Positions 36,353 through 46,227 of a stretch of 64,000 nucleotides of DNA are shown piece by piece. The DNA lies in assembly GCA_033763315.1 (NCBI GenBank), contig JANRKS010000019.1:416001-480000 (forward strand), read 5' to 3'. Made by a program: the position numbers and the translations under genes. How positions within the stretch are numbered: the first letter of the stretch is position 1; each line of letters begins with the position of its first letter. The notes under the pieces were generated by a model that was not told the origin of the DNA, ran no database searches, and saw only the letters and a list, made by a program, of their open reading frames with translations. This DNA is from Deltaproteobacteria bacterium (GTDB lineage: Bacteria; Myxococcota_A; Polyangia; Fen-1088).

Positions 36353-37402
36353 TCAGAACCGCAAAGCCAAGCCTGCGCCCAGGCGGTCGCCGACCATCGC
36401 TGGGAACAATGACACCTTGACGCCCTCGTGTGGCAGCGGCTTGGTGCCAGAAACGGGCACCAAACGAGGCGAGCCGATCATCACGACGTCCTCGTAGTGC
36501 AACAAAGCGTCCACCACGCCCCAGGTGGCAACGGCGAAAAAAAGGCCCCCCGAGACAAGCTGCACGTTCAACAACAGCGCCGAACGTTTCTCGGCCGTGC
36601 GATCCACGTCCTCGGACGCACAATCGCCCGAGGCGCCGCCCGTCACCGCGGGAGTTTTCTTGCACCGCAACGTGTAGTTGGTGCCATACAATAAGAAGTT
36701 CGTGGTGAAGGCCGCCAGTGACACGGCGGCCAGGGCTGATTCCGCCCCCATGAACATCCATCCCTTGCTGGCCTGCCCGTTTTGAAACTGGCCCGCACCG
36801 AAGGGAATGAGCGCCACGGCCAAAGAGTGCCGCTGGTAGTTGCGCTCAAGGATCTGTTGCGGCCGCGGCTTCACCCGCTGGGCCTCCGCCTTCTCAGCCT
36901 CATGGCGCCGCCGCTCAAGGGACGCGATCTGCGCCTCTTGGTCGCGCAAAATCTCGTTGAAGAAGTCGACCACCCGGGGCGGGTCAAGCAGCGGATCGAA
37001 ACGATAATCAGGGCGCAATTCCAGCAAGCGCAGGAACTCTTGGCGGGCTTCGGTCGGCTGGTTCTCAAAGAGGTGCGCCACGCCCAACATGCGGTGCGAC
37101 CGCACCACCTGGCTCTCCTCGTCGAAACGGATGTCGGGGTAGAGCATCGGCCGCAGCAGCTCGATCGCGCGGGCGTATTCGCCGCGATCAAAAGCGATGC
37201 GGCCGCGTTCAAAGGTTTCGGCCGCGGTTGCAATGGGCGGTCGATCTGGCGCCAGCGTGGGTTCGGGCTCAGGCGGCGGGGGCGTCTGCACACGGGCCGG
37301 CTTTGGCTTGGGCTTCGGCGCCGGAGCCGCGCGCGCGTGTTCAACCCAAATCAGGGTACACAAGGCACACGTGGCAAGGCAGCACGAAAGGGACGGACGC
37401 AT
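36353..37402 (-). CDS. Exported TPR protein with C-terminal membrane segments
   Basis: Signal ending ARA; TPR-like helices; IPFGAGQFQNG motif. Confidence 0.75.
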   Translation of the reverse strand: MRPSLSCCLATCALCTLIWVEHARAAPAPKPKPKPARVQTPPPPEPEPTLAPDRPPIATAAETFERGRIAFDRGEYARAIELLRPMLYPDIRFDEESQVVRSHRMLGVAHLFENQPTEARQEFLRLLELRPDYRFDPLLDPPRVVDFFNEILRDQEAQIASLERRRHEAEKAEAQRVKPRPQQILERNYQRHSLAVALIPFGAGQFQNGQASKGWMFMGAESALAAVSLAAFTTNFLLYGTNYTLRCKKTPAVTGGASGDCASEDVDRTAEKRSALLLNVQLVSGGLFFAVATWGVVDALLHYEDVVMIGSPRLVPVSGTKPLPHEGVKVSLFPAMVGDRLGAGLALRF

Positions 37403-37423
37403 CAGAATCTGGGTTTGCGGCGC

Positions 37424-39271
37424 TTAGGGCAGCTCAACGGTAATGGTTTTGGCTTCACCGGGCGTGACGTTGAGCTCCTGCATCACGGGACGATTCCTCT
37501 CATCCACCACTGTAACAATCAAACTCTTTCTCAAATCATCGTCTGCGAAAAACGGCACGCGCACAAGTTGCCCTGGCACGGCCGCGAACTGCCATTTGGA
37601 GGTCCCCCCGACGCTGCTCAAAAGCACGCTCGCTTTGCTGCCGGCCGGGGTCACTTTCACGATCAACGCGGCTGGCTGGCCCTGCAGGCGTGCTGTGATG
37701 TGATCGTTCACCGGGCGATACTTGTTCGGACCCACGGTCACCCTTGCCGCATAAAAACCATCTTTGCGAAATTCAATGATGTGTTCGCCGTCCCATGGCA
37801 CTGAAAGCTGGTGGTTCTCGGGGCCGTAATCGAACTGTTTCACGCCGTCCAAGAAAACGGCCACGGCTTGGGGGTTGGGCCCCAAGGTGAAACGCACCGG
37901 CGGTGCAAGCGCGGGCGCCACAGGAGGCTCCGTCACAACCGCCGGCTCGGGCACCGAATGGACCGCGGTGCGTGTTCTCTTCGGAGAGCCTACGGGTGCC
38001 AAAGCGATCGGTGAGGGCGAGGGCGCCGCCGGCTCGGTGCGCGGGGGCAACGCCGCCGCGACTTCAGTTTTTGGCGGCGCAGTGTTGTTTGGCACGGTCT
38101 GCTGGCTGGCAGCCCCCGTGACGACTTTTGTTGGAAGAGGGTCGGGCACCAGCCGGAACACCAACGCGGTTCCCGACACCAAAACAGCCGTCGCAAACAC
38201 GCCCACCAAGGTACGACGCAGCCGCTGCCCCCGTTCAAGGGCACGCACAGCCGTCAACGCCGCCGGGTAATGCGGGTCCAGCGCCAGGGCACGATTCCAC
38301 AATTCGATCGCCAAAGCCGTGCGCTTGTTGCCCAATGCGGTTTTGCCCGCCTCCGTCAACGTGGCCAGCATGCGGGGTTTCAAATCCGCCGCGTAAATTT
38401 CAGGGGCGGCGAAGAACTTATGCAGTTCCTGGCGCGGGTCGACCAAGCCAGCCTGGGCCACGTACTCGCGCAGATCGTCGGCCAACGCTTTGGCTGTGGG
38501 GTAACGGTCGTCCGGCTCCCTGGCCAAGGCGCGGGAAATGATTTTGGTCAGCTGTGCGCCGATCAGCTGGTTTTTGCTGCGTGGATCCGGATAACGCGCA
38601 TCGGTGATGCGCTTGAACACCTCGTGCGGGTTTCGGCCGGCAAAGGGCAGGGCGCCCGTCGCCAGCTGGTACAGAATAATCCCCAAGGCAAAGACGTCGG
38701 TACGCACGTCCACTGAGCGACCTTCGATAAGTTCGGGGGCCATGTACGCGGGCGAGCCGATCAACTGGCCCGTCACGGTCATACGCTCCATGTCCATCAC
38801 TTGGGCAACACCAAAGTCCATCAGCTTCAGCAAGCCGTCTCGCCGAACCATGATGTTCTCGGGCTTGATGTCTCGGTGAAGGATCCCAAGGCCGTGCGCG
38901 TGGGCCAGGGCGTTCGCCACCTCGATGACCATCATCGCCGCCAGTTCGGGGTAAACCAGATGGCGGTCTGTGAGCCATTGTTTGAGGGTGAGCCCTTCGA
39001 TGAACTCGGTGACGATGTAAGCCGAAGCCGAGTCGGGGCCCGAGTAGTCGAAGATCTGCACGATGTTCTCGTGCTGCAACTTCGCCACCGCCTGTGCCTC
39101 GCGCCGCAGACGCGCTTTTGATTCGGCCTCGGCGAGCAAATGGCTGTGCAGCACCTTCACCGCGACGTCGCGCTGAAGGCTTTCGTCGCGCGCTCGATAC
39201 ACGACGGCCATACCGCCTTGGCCAACTTCTTCAAGGACGCGGTAGCGAGAGGGGATCTCCGCGGGAAGCAA
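37424..39271 (-). CDS. Membrane Ser/Thr kinase with TPR and periplasmic domain
   Basis: GQGGMAVV, HRDIKPEN, DFG, MAPE; central TM. Confidence 0.95.
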   Translation of the reverse strand: MLPAEIPSRYRVLEEVGQGGMAVVYRARDESLQRDVAVKVLHSHLLAEAESKARLRREAQAVAKLQHENIVQIFDYSGPDSASAYIVTEFIEGLTLKQWLTDRHLVYPELAAMMVIEVANALAHAHGLGILHRDIKPENIMVRRDGLLKLMDFGVAQVMDMERMTVTGQLIGSPAYMAPELIEGRSVDVRTDVFALGIILYQLATGALPFAGRNPHEVFKRITDARYPDPRSKNQLIGAQLTKIISRALAREPDDRYPTAKALADDLREYVAQAGLVDPRQELHKFFAAPEIYAADLKPRMLATLTEAGKTALGNKRTALAIELWNRALALDPHYPAALTAVRALERGQRLRRTLVGVFATAVLVSGTALVFRLVPDPLPTKVVTGAASQQTVPNNTAPPKTEVAAALPPRTEPAAPSPSPIALAPVGSPKRTRTAVHSVPEPAVVTEPPVAPALAPPVRFTLGPNPQAVAVFLDGVKQFDYGPENHQLSVPWDGEHIIEFRKDGFYAARVTVGPNKYRPVNDHITARLQGQPAALIVKVTPAGSKASVLLSSVGGTSKWQFAAVPGQLVRVPFFADDDLRKSLIVTVVDERNRPVMQELNVTPGEAKTITVELP

Positions 39272-39404
39272 CGGTCGAATCCTAGTCCTGAACGGATGTC
39301 AAAGCGACCGAAATTCCCGGTCTCGCAAAAGGCCCGCAGCCTGATTGTGCCAGGAACACCGCCCCGGCTAGCCCCATCCTCGCTTTCGTCCTAAGCTCTA
39401 GCCG

Positions 39405-40205
39405 GTGCCCGGCACAGACAACAGCGGCGTTTCGCGTCGCCTGCTCTTGCGTCGCCGTGTCTCCCGGCGGGTCAAGCCTTGGGCGGCAGGCGCATTGGTG
39501 TCGGGCGCTGTGTTGGCGGCGGTCCTCACCATGGGCGCCACGCACGCCCCCCGTTGGGAATCGGTGGGTCCGGGCATTGAGCACCGGTTCTTGGACGCCA
39601 GGGACGTTCAGGCCGATCTTGTGCGGTTCGACCTTGAGAGGTTCAATCCCACGCTTGAAATCCCAGGCGCGGCCGGCCCTTTGACGGCGGCGGGCCTAGC
39701 CAAAAGCCACAATGTTGTGGCGGCGATCAACGGGGGCTTCTTCGATCCGCAGTGGCGTCCGCTGGGGCTTCGCGTGTCACAGGGCCACGTGCGATCACCG
39801 CTCCGCTCGCGCGCCGATTGGGGCGTCTTTTTCACGCGAGCTGGTCGCGCTCGCATCGTCCACACCAGTGAATACGAGCCGCACCCCGCAGATGAAACGG
39901 CAATCCAAGTCGGGCCGCGGCTGCTTATTGATGGTGCGGCTGTGAAGTTGAAACCGCAGGTGGCATACCGCAGCGCCTTGGCCGTGGGCCACGAGGGACG
40001 TCAGTTGACGTTGGTCTCCACGGCGGTGCCGGTGGACGCCAACGCCTTAGCGCATGCCCTTGAACGGTTGGGCGAATTTGATTCCGCCCTATTGCTCGAC
40101 GGCGGACCGTCCGCGCAGTTGTTTGTGCAGACGGGAACGTTCGCCATCGATCGCCCCGGCGCCTATGGGGTGCCCGACTTGTTGGTGATGCAGCCCCGCC
40201 ATTAG
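39405..40205 (+). CDS. Phosphodiester glycosidase (NAGPA/DUF2233) family
   Basis: AAINGGFF, GPRLL, RSA, LDGG.S. Confidence 0.85.
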   Translation: MPGTDNSGVSRRLLLRRRVSRRVKPWAAGALVSGAVLAAVLTMGATHAPRWESVGPGIEHRFLDARDVQADLVRFDLERFNPTLEIPGAAGPLTAAGLAKSHNVVAAINGGFFDPQWRPLGLRVSQGHVRSPLRSRADWGVFFTRAGRARIVHTSEYEPHPADETAIQVGPRLLIDGAAVKLKPQVAYRSALAVGHEGRQLTLVSTAVPVDANALAHALERLGEFDSALLLDGGPSAQLFVQTGTFAIDRPGAYGVPDLLVMQPRH

Positions 40206-41290
40206 GGGTGCGCGTTGTTCAAGTGTTCACGCAGCAGATCGCGGCCAAAATCTCCGTTGAAGTCGCGCCAAATGGTGTGCACGTGGTTGGCGCCATTTTG
40301 GGTGTTGTCGTATTCCACCAAGAACGTGGGGCCACTGATGCGGTAATAGTGCGGATCCCCGCGCTTGATGCCGCCGGCCCAACCGAACCGCAGTTTGTCG
40401 GCACCTGCCGCTTTGACCTTTGCCAAACGTTCGGCAGCCAAAGCCGGATTCAGCGTGCCCGCAAAGACACCAAGCAGTGCCACGAGGGTGCTCTTGTGTT
40501 TCGCATCCAGTGAAGCCGCACTGATGCCAACTTCGGGCAGGGGCTTCACTTCGCTGGCGGGGCCGGTCACAATTTCGGGCGGCGCCGTTTGATCGAAGAT
40601 GGCCTTCGCGCGCAGCTCGTCTGAAAGCGACATCAAGAACTTGCGCCCCTCGTCCTCCTCGGTGCCAAGCGCGCGTGTGCCTTTCATCGGCCCCTCACGC
40701 ACCTCACCGGGGTTGGCGCCCAAGAACGACGGCGACGTGGCCACGAGGTGCCCGTTAACGATCGTAAAGTTCAATGAGATGTGATGCCCTTCGACCTTCC
40801 ATCCCCAGTTACCGGCGGGCGTGGGCGTGCCGAATACCGAGAACCAATATTTCTCCGGGTCGCGCTTGATGGGATCCTTCTCCATATCCCGCAACACTGT
40901 CTCAAGCGTCATAATGAGCTTCGCTTTCGCGTAGCCGGGAACGCTGAGGCCTGTCTTCAATAAGGCATGTGCGAGCGTGCGTTGCTGGGGCGACATGGCC
41001 TTGATCGGCAGGCCCGTGCGGTCCTTCGGAATGAAATGCCACTCTGTCCGTCCCGGAACATCGAAGGCAAACACCGCGCGCGCTTTTTCTTCGGCCGACA
41101 ACGCCGCAACGAAATTATCCGCTGCCTTCGCCATCGCGGCGGCGGGTCCGGCGGGGCCGCGTGCGATCACCCAAGCCGCTGACAGTGCCGTGGCGAAGAA
41201 GCCCATAAGGCCGACCAAGCCCAACGCCAACCAACCCCGGTGGGGCGACACAAACCAACCCCGGTGGGGAATCACACCTGACATGCGCAT
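40202..41290 (-). CDS. DUF3500 family protein
   Basis: WHFIP, WGWKVEGHHISLN, YYRISGP, EYDNTQNGANHVHTIWRD. Confidence 0.9.
   Translation of the reverse strand: MRMSGVIPHRGWFVSPHRGWLALGLVGLMGFFATALSAAWVIARGPAGPAAAMAKAADNFVAALSAEEKARAVFAFDVPGRTEWHFIPKDRTGLPIKAMSPQQRTLAHALLKTGLSVPGYAKAKLIMTLETVLRDMEKDPIKRDPEKYWFSVFGTPTPAGNWGWKVEGHHISLNFTIVNGHLVATSPSFLGANPGEVREGPMKGTRALGTEEDEGRKFLMSLSDELRAKAIFDQTAPPEIVTGPASEVKPLPEVGISAASLDAKHKSTLVALLGVFAGTLNPALAAERLAKVKAAGADKLRFGWAGGIKRGDPHYYRISGPTFLVEYDNTQNGANHVHTIWRDFNGDFGRDLLREHLNNAHP
41229..41269. repeat. 17-bp direct repeat, 2 copies, 24-bp period
   Basis: AACCAACCCCGGTGGGG at 41229 and 41253; encodes PHRGW twice. Confidence 0.8.
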
Positions 41291-41416
41291 AAGAGGACTC
41301 AACGGCTTTTCGGCCCGCACGTCAACCGCCCGACGCGCGGGAGGCCAAAGTCACGTGGCCCAACGCACGCAGGTGATACCGCGCAACTTTGTTGTCTTGG
41401 CCGCGATAACGGGATC

Positions 41417-42151
41417 ATGACCGCCTTGCAATGGCTCAAACTGCAAAGCCGCGAGCTGCTTTGGCCCTCGCGCTGTGCCGCATGCGACGCCTTCGTCGCT
41501 CCTGACGTGGCCTTCTGTGCCGCTTGTGAGCCGTCGATCACCGCCCTGGGGCAAGCATGCACGCTGTGTGCGATGCCCAGATCTGCATTGGGTGAAGGCG
41601 AGGGCGAGGGGCCTTGCCAGCGGTGCCAACGCCAGCCGTGGCGCTTCGCATCCGTGCGGGCCGCTGTTTTGTATGGCGGCGCCATCAGCACCGCCCTTGT
41701 GCGCTTTAAGCACGGTCGCCAAGACCTGGTGCATGCGTTGGCCCCACTGGTGTGGGCTGGTTTGGCAGCCACGCCGGATTTGGCGGAGGCCCTGATCGTG
41801 CCTGTGCCTTTGCACCCTCGACGTTTGCGACAACGCGGGTTCAATCAGGCCTTCGATTTGGCCCGCGCCGCCACAGAGCAAGCGGCTGCCGGTTTGCGCC
41901 TGGCGCTTGCCCCTTTGTGCATGCGGCGTCTCACCGACGGTCTGCACGTGGCCCAAGAAACGGCGGCCGCGCGACGGGCGCGAGCGCAAGGTGCTTTTGC
42001 GGTCGCACAGCCCAGGCGCGTCGCTGGGCGTCCCGTCATATTGGTCGACGATGTCCTCACGACGGGCGCCACCAGTGGCGCTTGTGCCGAAGCCCTGCTG
42101 GCTGCGGGCGCCACATCGGTCAGCCTCGTGGTGGCCGCCCGCACCGTCTAA
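41417..42151 (+). CDS. comF: ComF family protein (zinc ribbon plus PRTase)
   Basis: CxxC motifs; PVPLH..RGFNQA; LVDDVLTTGAT. Confidence 0.92.
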   Translation: MTALQWLKLQSRELLWPSRCAACDAFVAPDVAFCAACEPSITALGQACTLCAMPRSALGEGEGEGPCQRCQRQPWRFASVRAAVLYGGAISTALVRFKHGRQDLVHALAPLVWAGLAATPDLAEALIVPVPLHPRRLRQRGFNQAFDLARAATEQAAAGLRLALAPLCMRRLTDGLHVAQETAAARRARAQGAFAVAQPRRVAGRPVILVDDVLTTGATSGACAEALLAAGATSVSLVVAARTV

Positions 42152-44421
42152 CGGGCCGTTTGATCGGGCAAGCGAACGGCTTCGCGCAACGTTTTGGCGC
42201 TCCCGGCCGGCGGCGGCGCCGGAGGCTTCGCGGGCACAGGCGCCGGTGGCGGGGTCGGAATTTCCGGCTCGTCGGTGGGGGGCGCTGCTTTGCCTGCCGG
42301 CTCGGCTAGCGACGACCTTTTGGGTGTCGTCGTCTTGTCTGCCGGCGCGGCAGGTGTTGGCCCCGGCACCGCCTTCGTCTGGGGCGCAGGAGCCTCCTTG
42401 GGGCCATTTTCGACCCCCGGCATTTTCGGTGTCTGCTTGGCGGGCGGCGTCTCTTGCGGCGTTCCCTTTCCACCGGGAGTCACCTCGGCCTTGTCCTTCC
42501 CTTCAACCTCGGCCTTTTGTTTGCGGATGAGTTCCGCTTCATCGAAAACCTTTTTCGAGTTCGGTGGCAAACGGCTGCTGAATACGCCTTCAATGTGGAA
42601 CATCACGCGCCGGTTCCGTGCCCGGCCTTCATCCGTCTCGTTGTCGGCCCAAGGCTTGGCGCCACCTTGGCCAAGCGCTGACAGCCGTTTCGGATCCACC
42701 CCTTTACCAACCAAATACGCCACGACGGTTTCGGCGCGCATGACCGAAAGCCTCTGATTCCAGTCGTCGGGGCCGGTGGCATCCGCGTGGCCCTCAACCG
42801 CGCAGCGGCCGATTTCAGGGTGCGCCTTCAGCGTGAGCGCGATCTGATCCAGGATGTTCCAGAAGCGGTGCCGCACCCGGAAGCGGTTGGTGGTGAAGAA
42901 CACCGCCTGCAGGGTCTCGAGCTCCTTTTCGCCGATGCGCACCTGAGGCGCGCCTTCGTCAGGGCAACCATCGTCATCTTGGCGGCCGTTGATCGTTTCG
43001 GCCTGGGCGGGGCACTTGTCGTCTGCGTCCAAGATGCCGTCTTTATCGTTGTCGGGATCAGGGCAGCCGTCCTCGTCTTCGAAGCCATCTTTGTCTTCGG
43101 CGTCGTCAGGGCATTTGTCGTCGCGATCCAAAATGCCGTCGCCGTCTTTGTCGGTGGCGGGCACTTCGTCGGGGCAGCCGTCTTCGTCTTGGAACTCGTT
43201 TATGGTTTCCGGCTCATTCGGGCACTTGTCAGTCGCGTCCGCGATCCCGTCTTTGTCGTTGTCGAGGTCGGGGCAGCCATCTTCATCCTCGAAGCCGTCC
43301 AAATCTTCGGGATCCGAAGGGCACTGATCGAGCGCGTCCAAGATGCCGTCTTTGTCATTGTCAGGATCGGGGCAGCCATCCAGGTCCTCGAAGCCGTCTT
43401 TGTCTTCCGGGTCGTCGGGGCACGCGTCTTTGGTGTCAACCAACCCGTCGCGATCGGCGTCGGGCGGATCGTTGGTCCAGGCAAGCGTGGCAAGCACTCG
43501 CCACGCGGGTGAGCCAACGCCAGAAACCACACCCAACCCGGCCGCGGCGCCAACGTTGAATTGACCCATCTGGTACCGGCCGCCAACAAGTGCCTCAAGC
43601 GGGGTCAGGCGGCGCTTCAGAACGCCATCCGTGGCAGGCGTTGAACCAAGCAATTCAACAATGCCGTGAAACGCACGCCCGAAACGCTTGTCGGCTCCTG
43701 CGCCGAACGTCACCTCGTTGCGAACGGGCGTGCCAAGCAGGCTGGTGCTTTCGCGAAGCCTCATCCCAAGGCGTGCGCCCCACTGCAAGCTGCGGCGTTT
43801 GTGCGCCAGCACCAGACGTGGCTCCACCGTTAACCCCGGATTGTTGACGTACGTGCCCGTTTGCCCAAACGGCGATGTGGCGGTCAGTCCCGCGCCAAGG
43901 GACCAACCATCCGCACCTTGTTCCCACAACCGTGCTCGCACCGTGAAGCGCGCGTCGCCCACACCCGTGTCTGGCGTGGGCGCGGCGCCGAGCGGCGCGT
44001 CACCCGCCTGCGACAAGGTCACAGGCAAGGCCACCGCCAATTCGAAGCGACCCAACAAGCCGATCGCCATCATCAAGTCGGCGGCTGCGGCCGAGCGAAC
44101 CGCGTCCTTGGTGGTGCTGGTCCCAGCCGCCAGCGACGTCACGCGCAGTGCAGACGCGGCGTAATTCACGTCCAGGGCCACCGCTAACTTCAAGTGCCCG
44201 AGCGGCTTGGTGCCCTCCAACCCAAAGCCGCGATTGGCCGCCGTGACGGGCCGATAGCGTTGCAGTTCGACCACGCCTTGGCTTTGGGCATGAGCAACCG
44301 AAGGAACCAGCAGAGCACCACCCACCGCCGCCAATCCAGCCAGACCAGCGAGCCGGCCAGGCGAAAGACGGTCTTCGCTCTTAGGGATCTTCAATGTGGG
44401 CTTCACCGTATCAGCTGTCAC
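42148..44421 (-). CDS. OM beta-barrel, thrombospondin type 3 repeats and OmpA domain (TraB-like architecture)
   Basis: Repeats DxDGxxDxxDxCP..EDxDGFEDxDGCPD; EGHAD, N..LS..RA, NRRV. Confidence 0.9.
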   Translation of the reverse strand: MTADTVKPTLKIPKSEDRLSPGRLAGLAGLAAVGGALLVPSVAHAQSQGVVELQRYRPVTAANRGFGLEGTKPLGHLKLAVALDVNYAASALRVTSLAAGTSTTKDAVRSAAAADLMMAIGLLGRFELAVALPVTLSQAGDAPLGAAPTPDTGVGDARFTVRARLWEQGADGWSLGAGLTATSPFGQTGTYVNNPGLTVEPRLVLAHKRRSLQWGARLGMRLRESTSLLGTPVRNEVTFGAGADKRFGRAFHGIVELLGSTPATDGVLKRRLTPLEALVGGRYQMGQFNVGAAAGLGVVSGVGSPAWRVLATLAWTNDPPDADRDGLVDTKDACPDDPEDKDGFEDLDGCPDPDNDKDGILDALDQCPSDPEDLDGFEDEDGCPDLDNDKDGIADATDKCPNEPETINEFQDEDGCPDEVPATDKDGDGILDRDDKCPDDAEDKDGFEDEDGCPDPDNDKDGILDADDKCPAQAETINGRQDDDGCPDEGAPQVRIGEKELETLQAVFFTTNRFRVRHRFWNILDQIALTLKAHPEIGRCAVEGHADATGPDDWNQRLSVMRAETVVAYLVGKGVDPKRLSALGQGGAKPWADNETDEGRARNRRVMFHIEGVFSSRLPPNSKKVFDEAELIRKQKAEVEGKDKAEVTPGGKGTPQETPPAKQTPKMPGVENGPKEAPAPQTKAVPGPTPAAPADKTTTPKRSSLAEPAGKAAPPTDEPEIPTPPPAPVPAKPPAPPPAGSAKTLREAVRLPDQTAR

Positions 44422-44493
44422 GGAGTGGGGAAATGTTGCGCGTCAAGATCGCGACAACTCAAGCCATCCACTTCGGAACTTCTCACTCTTTCC

Positions 44494-44521
44494 TTGACAC
44501 CTGCGGTTGGGTAATTAGTGT
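44494..44521 (+). promoter_or_regulatory. Sigma70-type promoter for tRNA-Val/infC
   Basis: TTGACA-16nt-TAGTGT. Confidence 0.5.
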
Positions 44522-44544
44522 ACGCAAACTGAATTTAACCAAAC

Positions 44545-44619
<75 letters not shown>

Positions 44620-44782
44620 GTTTGTCTGCCGGAAGCCGTGCATCTCTGCGCGCCCGGCGCAATCTGGAGGCCCGCCTGCAGGCCAATTTGGGTGCTATGT
44701 TGGTCCACCCTTTACCGAATCCCTATATGCTTGACCTCAATATGCCGATGCACGGCATCCCTCTGTCGAAAAAGTAGAGCGC

Positions 44783-45478
44783 ATGAACATTAGAAGGCGA
44801 CCGTTTCCCGAGCGAAGGACTGATGATAACCACCGTGTGGGGCGAAGAATCCGCGTACCTGAAGTTCGCGTGATCGGTGCGGATGGCAAGCAAGTAGGCG
44901 TTATCCCCACGCATGAAGCGCTCTCGATGGCGGATGCCCTGGGCCTTGAGTTGGTTGAGGTCGATCCGCGCGCCAAGCCGCCGGTGTGCCGCATCTTGGA
45001 CTACGGCAAGTTCAAGTACGAGACGTCGAAGAAGGAAAAGGCTTCACGCAAACACCAAAGCACCGTGGTGGTCAAAGAGATCAAGCTGCGCCCGAAGACG
45101 GACACGCACGATTTCGAGTTCAAGCTTAACCACATCAAGCGGTTCTTGGGTGAAGGCAACAAGTGCAAGTTGGTGGTCGTGTTCCGCGGCCGCGAGATCG
45201 TTCACCCTGAAACCGGTGAAGCGATGTTGAGCAACGTTTTGGCTGCGTTGGGTGACTACGCGCAAATCGAACAGCGGCCGTCGTTGGAAGGCAAGCGCAT
45301 GGTCATGATCATCGGACCCAAGGCTGGCGTCATCCGTCCGCGACCGGTGGCACCTGCCCCTGGTCCTGCTGGCGTTGCTGGGCCCGCAGCGGCTGCCCCC
45401 GCACCTGCCGGGGCGCCCGCGTCGTCGGCCGCCGCGCCCTCGGCGCCACCCGCGCCTGGCCCTGGCCGCCCTGCGTAA
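44783..45478 (+). CDS. infC: Translation initiation factor IF-3 with Pro/Ala-rich C-terminal extension
   Basis: IRVPEVRVI, PPVCRILDYGKFKYE, FRGRE. Confidence 0.97.
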   Translation: MNIRRRPFPERRTDDNHRVGRRIRVPEVRVIGADGKQVGVIPTHEALSMADALGLELVEVDPRAKPPVCRILDYGKFKYETSKKEKASRKHQSTVVVKEIKLRPKTDTHDFEFKLNHIKRFLGEGNKCKLVVVFRGREIVHPETGEAMLSNVLAALGDYAQIEQRPSLEGKRMVMIIGPKAGVIRPRPVAPAPGPAGVAGPAAAAPAPAGAPASSAAAPSAPPAPGPGRPA

Positions 45479-45520
45479 CTAAAAAACCCACCGAACCAGC
45501 GATTTTGCAACGCAAAAGTG

Positions 45521-45548
45521 TTGCATGCGGTCGCCGGGTCTATATACT
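45521..45548 (+). promoter_or_regulatory. Internal promoter for rpmI-rplT
   Basis: TTGCAT-16nt-TATACT, 11 nt before the ATG; no SD. Confidence 0.55.
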
Positions 45549-45559
45549 CCGCCGCTCTC

Positions 45560-45763
45560 ATGGCCAACTACAAGATGAAGACGAACAGCGGCGCCAAAAA
45601 GCGCTTCAAGCTGACTGCAAAGGGAAGGGTCAAGCGCAAACGGGCCAACCTGCGCCACAACCTGACCAGCAAGTCAGCCGAGCAAAAGCGGCGGCTGCGC
45701 AAAGGCGGATACATCGCCAAGTCACAAGAGCATCAAATCAAGGCGATGCTCCCCTACGGTTAA
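45560..45763 (+). CDS. rpmI: 50S ribosomal protein L35
   Basis: KMKTNSGAKKRFKLT. Confidence 0.96.
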   Translation: MANYKMKTNSGAKKRFKLTAKGRVKRKRANLRHNLTSKSAEQKRRLRKGGYIAKSQEHQIKAMLPYG

Positions 45764-45826
45764 TCTGATTGTGTCTCCAGCGTCTCTCGGAGATACGCAG
45801 CTACGGAATTAAAGGAATAGTAGCCA

Positions 45827-46177
45827 ATGCCTCGCGCTAAAGGTGGTTTTAAAACTCGTCGTCGTCGCAACCGCATATTGAAGCACGCCAAGGGCTTCCG
45901 CGGTGGACGTCATCGTTTGTGGAAGACGGCTGTTGAGGCCGTTCATCGCAAGTGGCGTTATGCCCTGTTTCACAGGCGGAAGAAGAAAGGCGACTTCCGC
46001 GCCTTGTGGATCGTGCGTATCAACGCCGTGGCTCGTGAGCTTGGCACAACGTACTCGCGCTTGATCGCTGGCCTCAAGAAGGCTGGCGTTGAATTGGATC
46101 GTAAGATTTTGGCCGATCTCGCTTTGACCGACCCCAATGCCTTTGCCAAGGTCGTTGAAGTCGCCAAGGCTGCGTAA
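45827..46177 (+). CDS. rplT: 50S ribosomal protein L20
   Basis: [28 protein letters not shown]. Confidence 0.98.
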   Translation: MPRAKGGFKTRRRRNRILKHAKGFRGGRHRLWKTAVEAVHRKWRYALFHRRKKKGDFRALWIVRINAVARELGTTYSRLIAGLKKAGVELDRKILADLALTDPNAFAKVVEVAKAA

Positions 46178-46227
46178 GCCCCCGATTCATTCCCATCGCG
46201 ACTGGCCCAACGCCAGACGCCGAAAGA

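Noticed and set aside
41229-41269. 17-bp direct repeat as a regulatory or mobile element
   Set aside because: In-frame 24-bp duplication in a signal-peptide region; two copies only
42950-43460. DNA repeats within the OmpA gene
   Set aside because: Explained by coding TSP3 protein repeats
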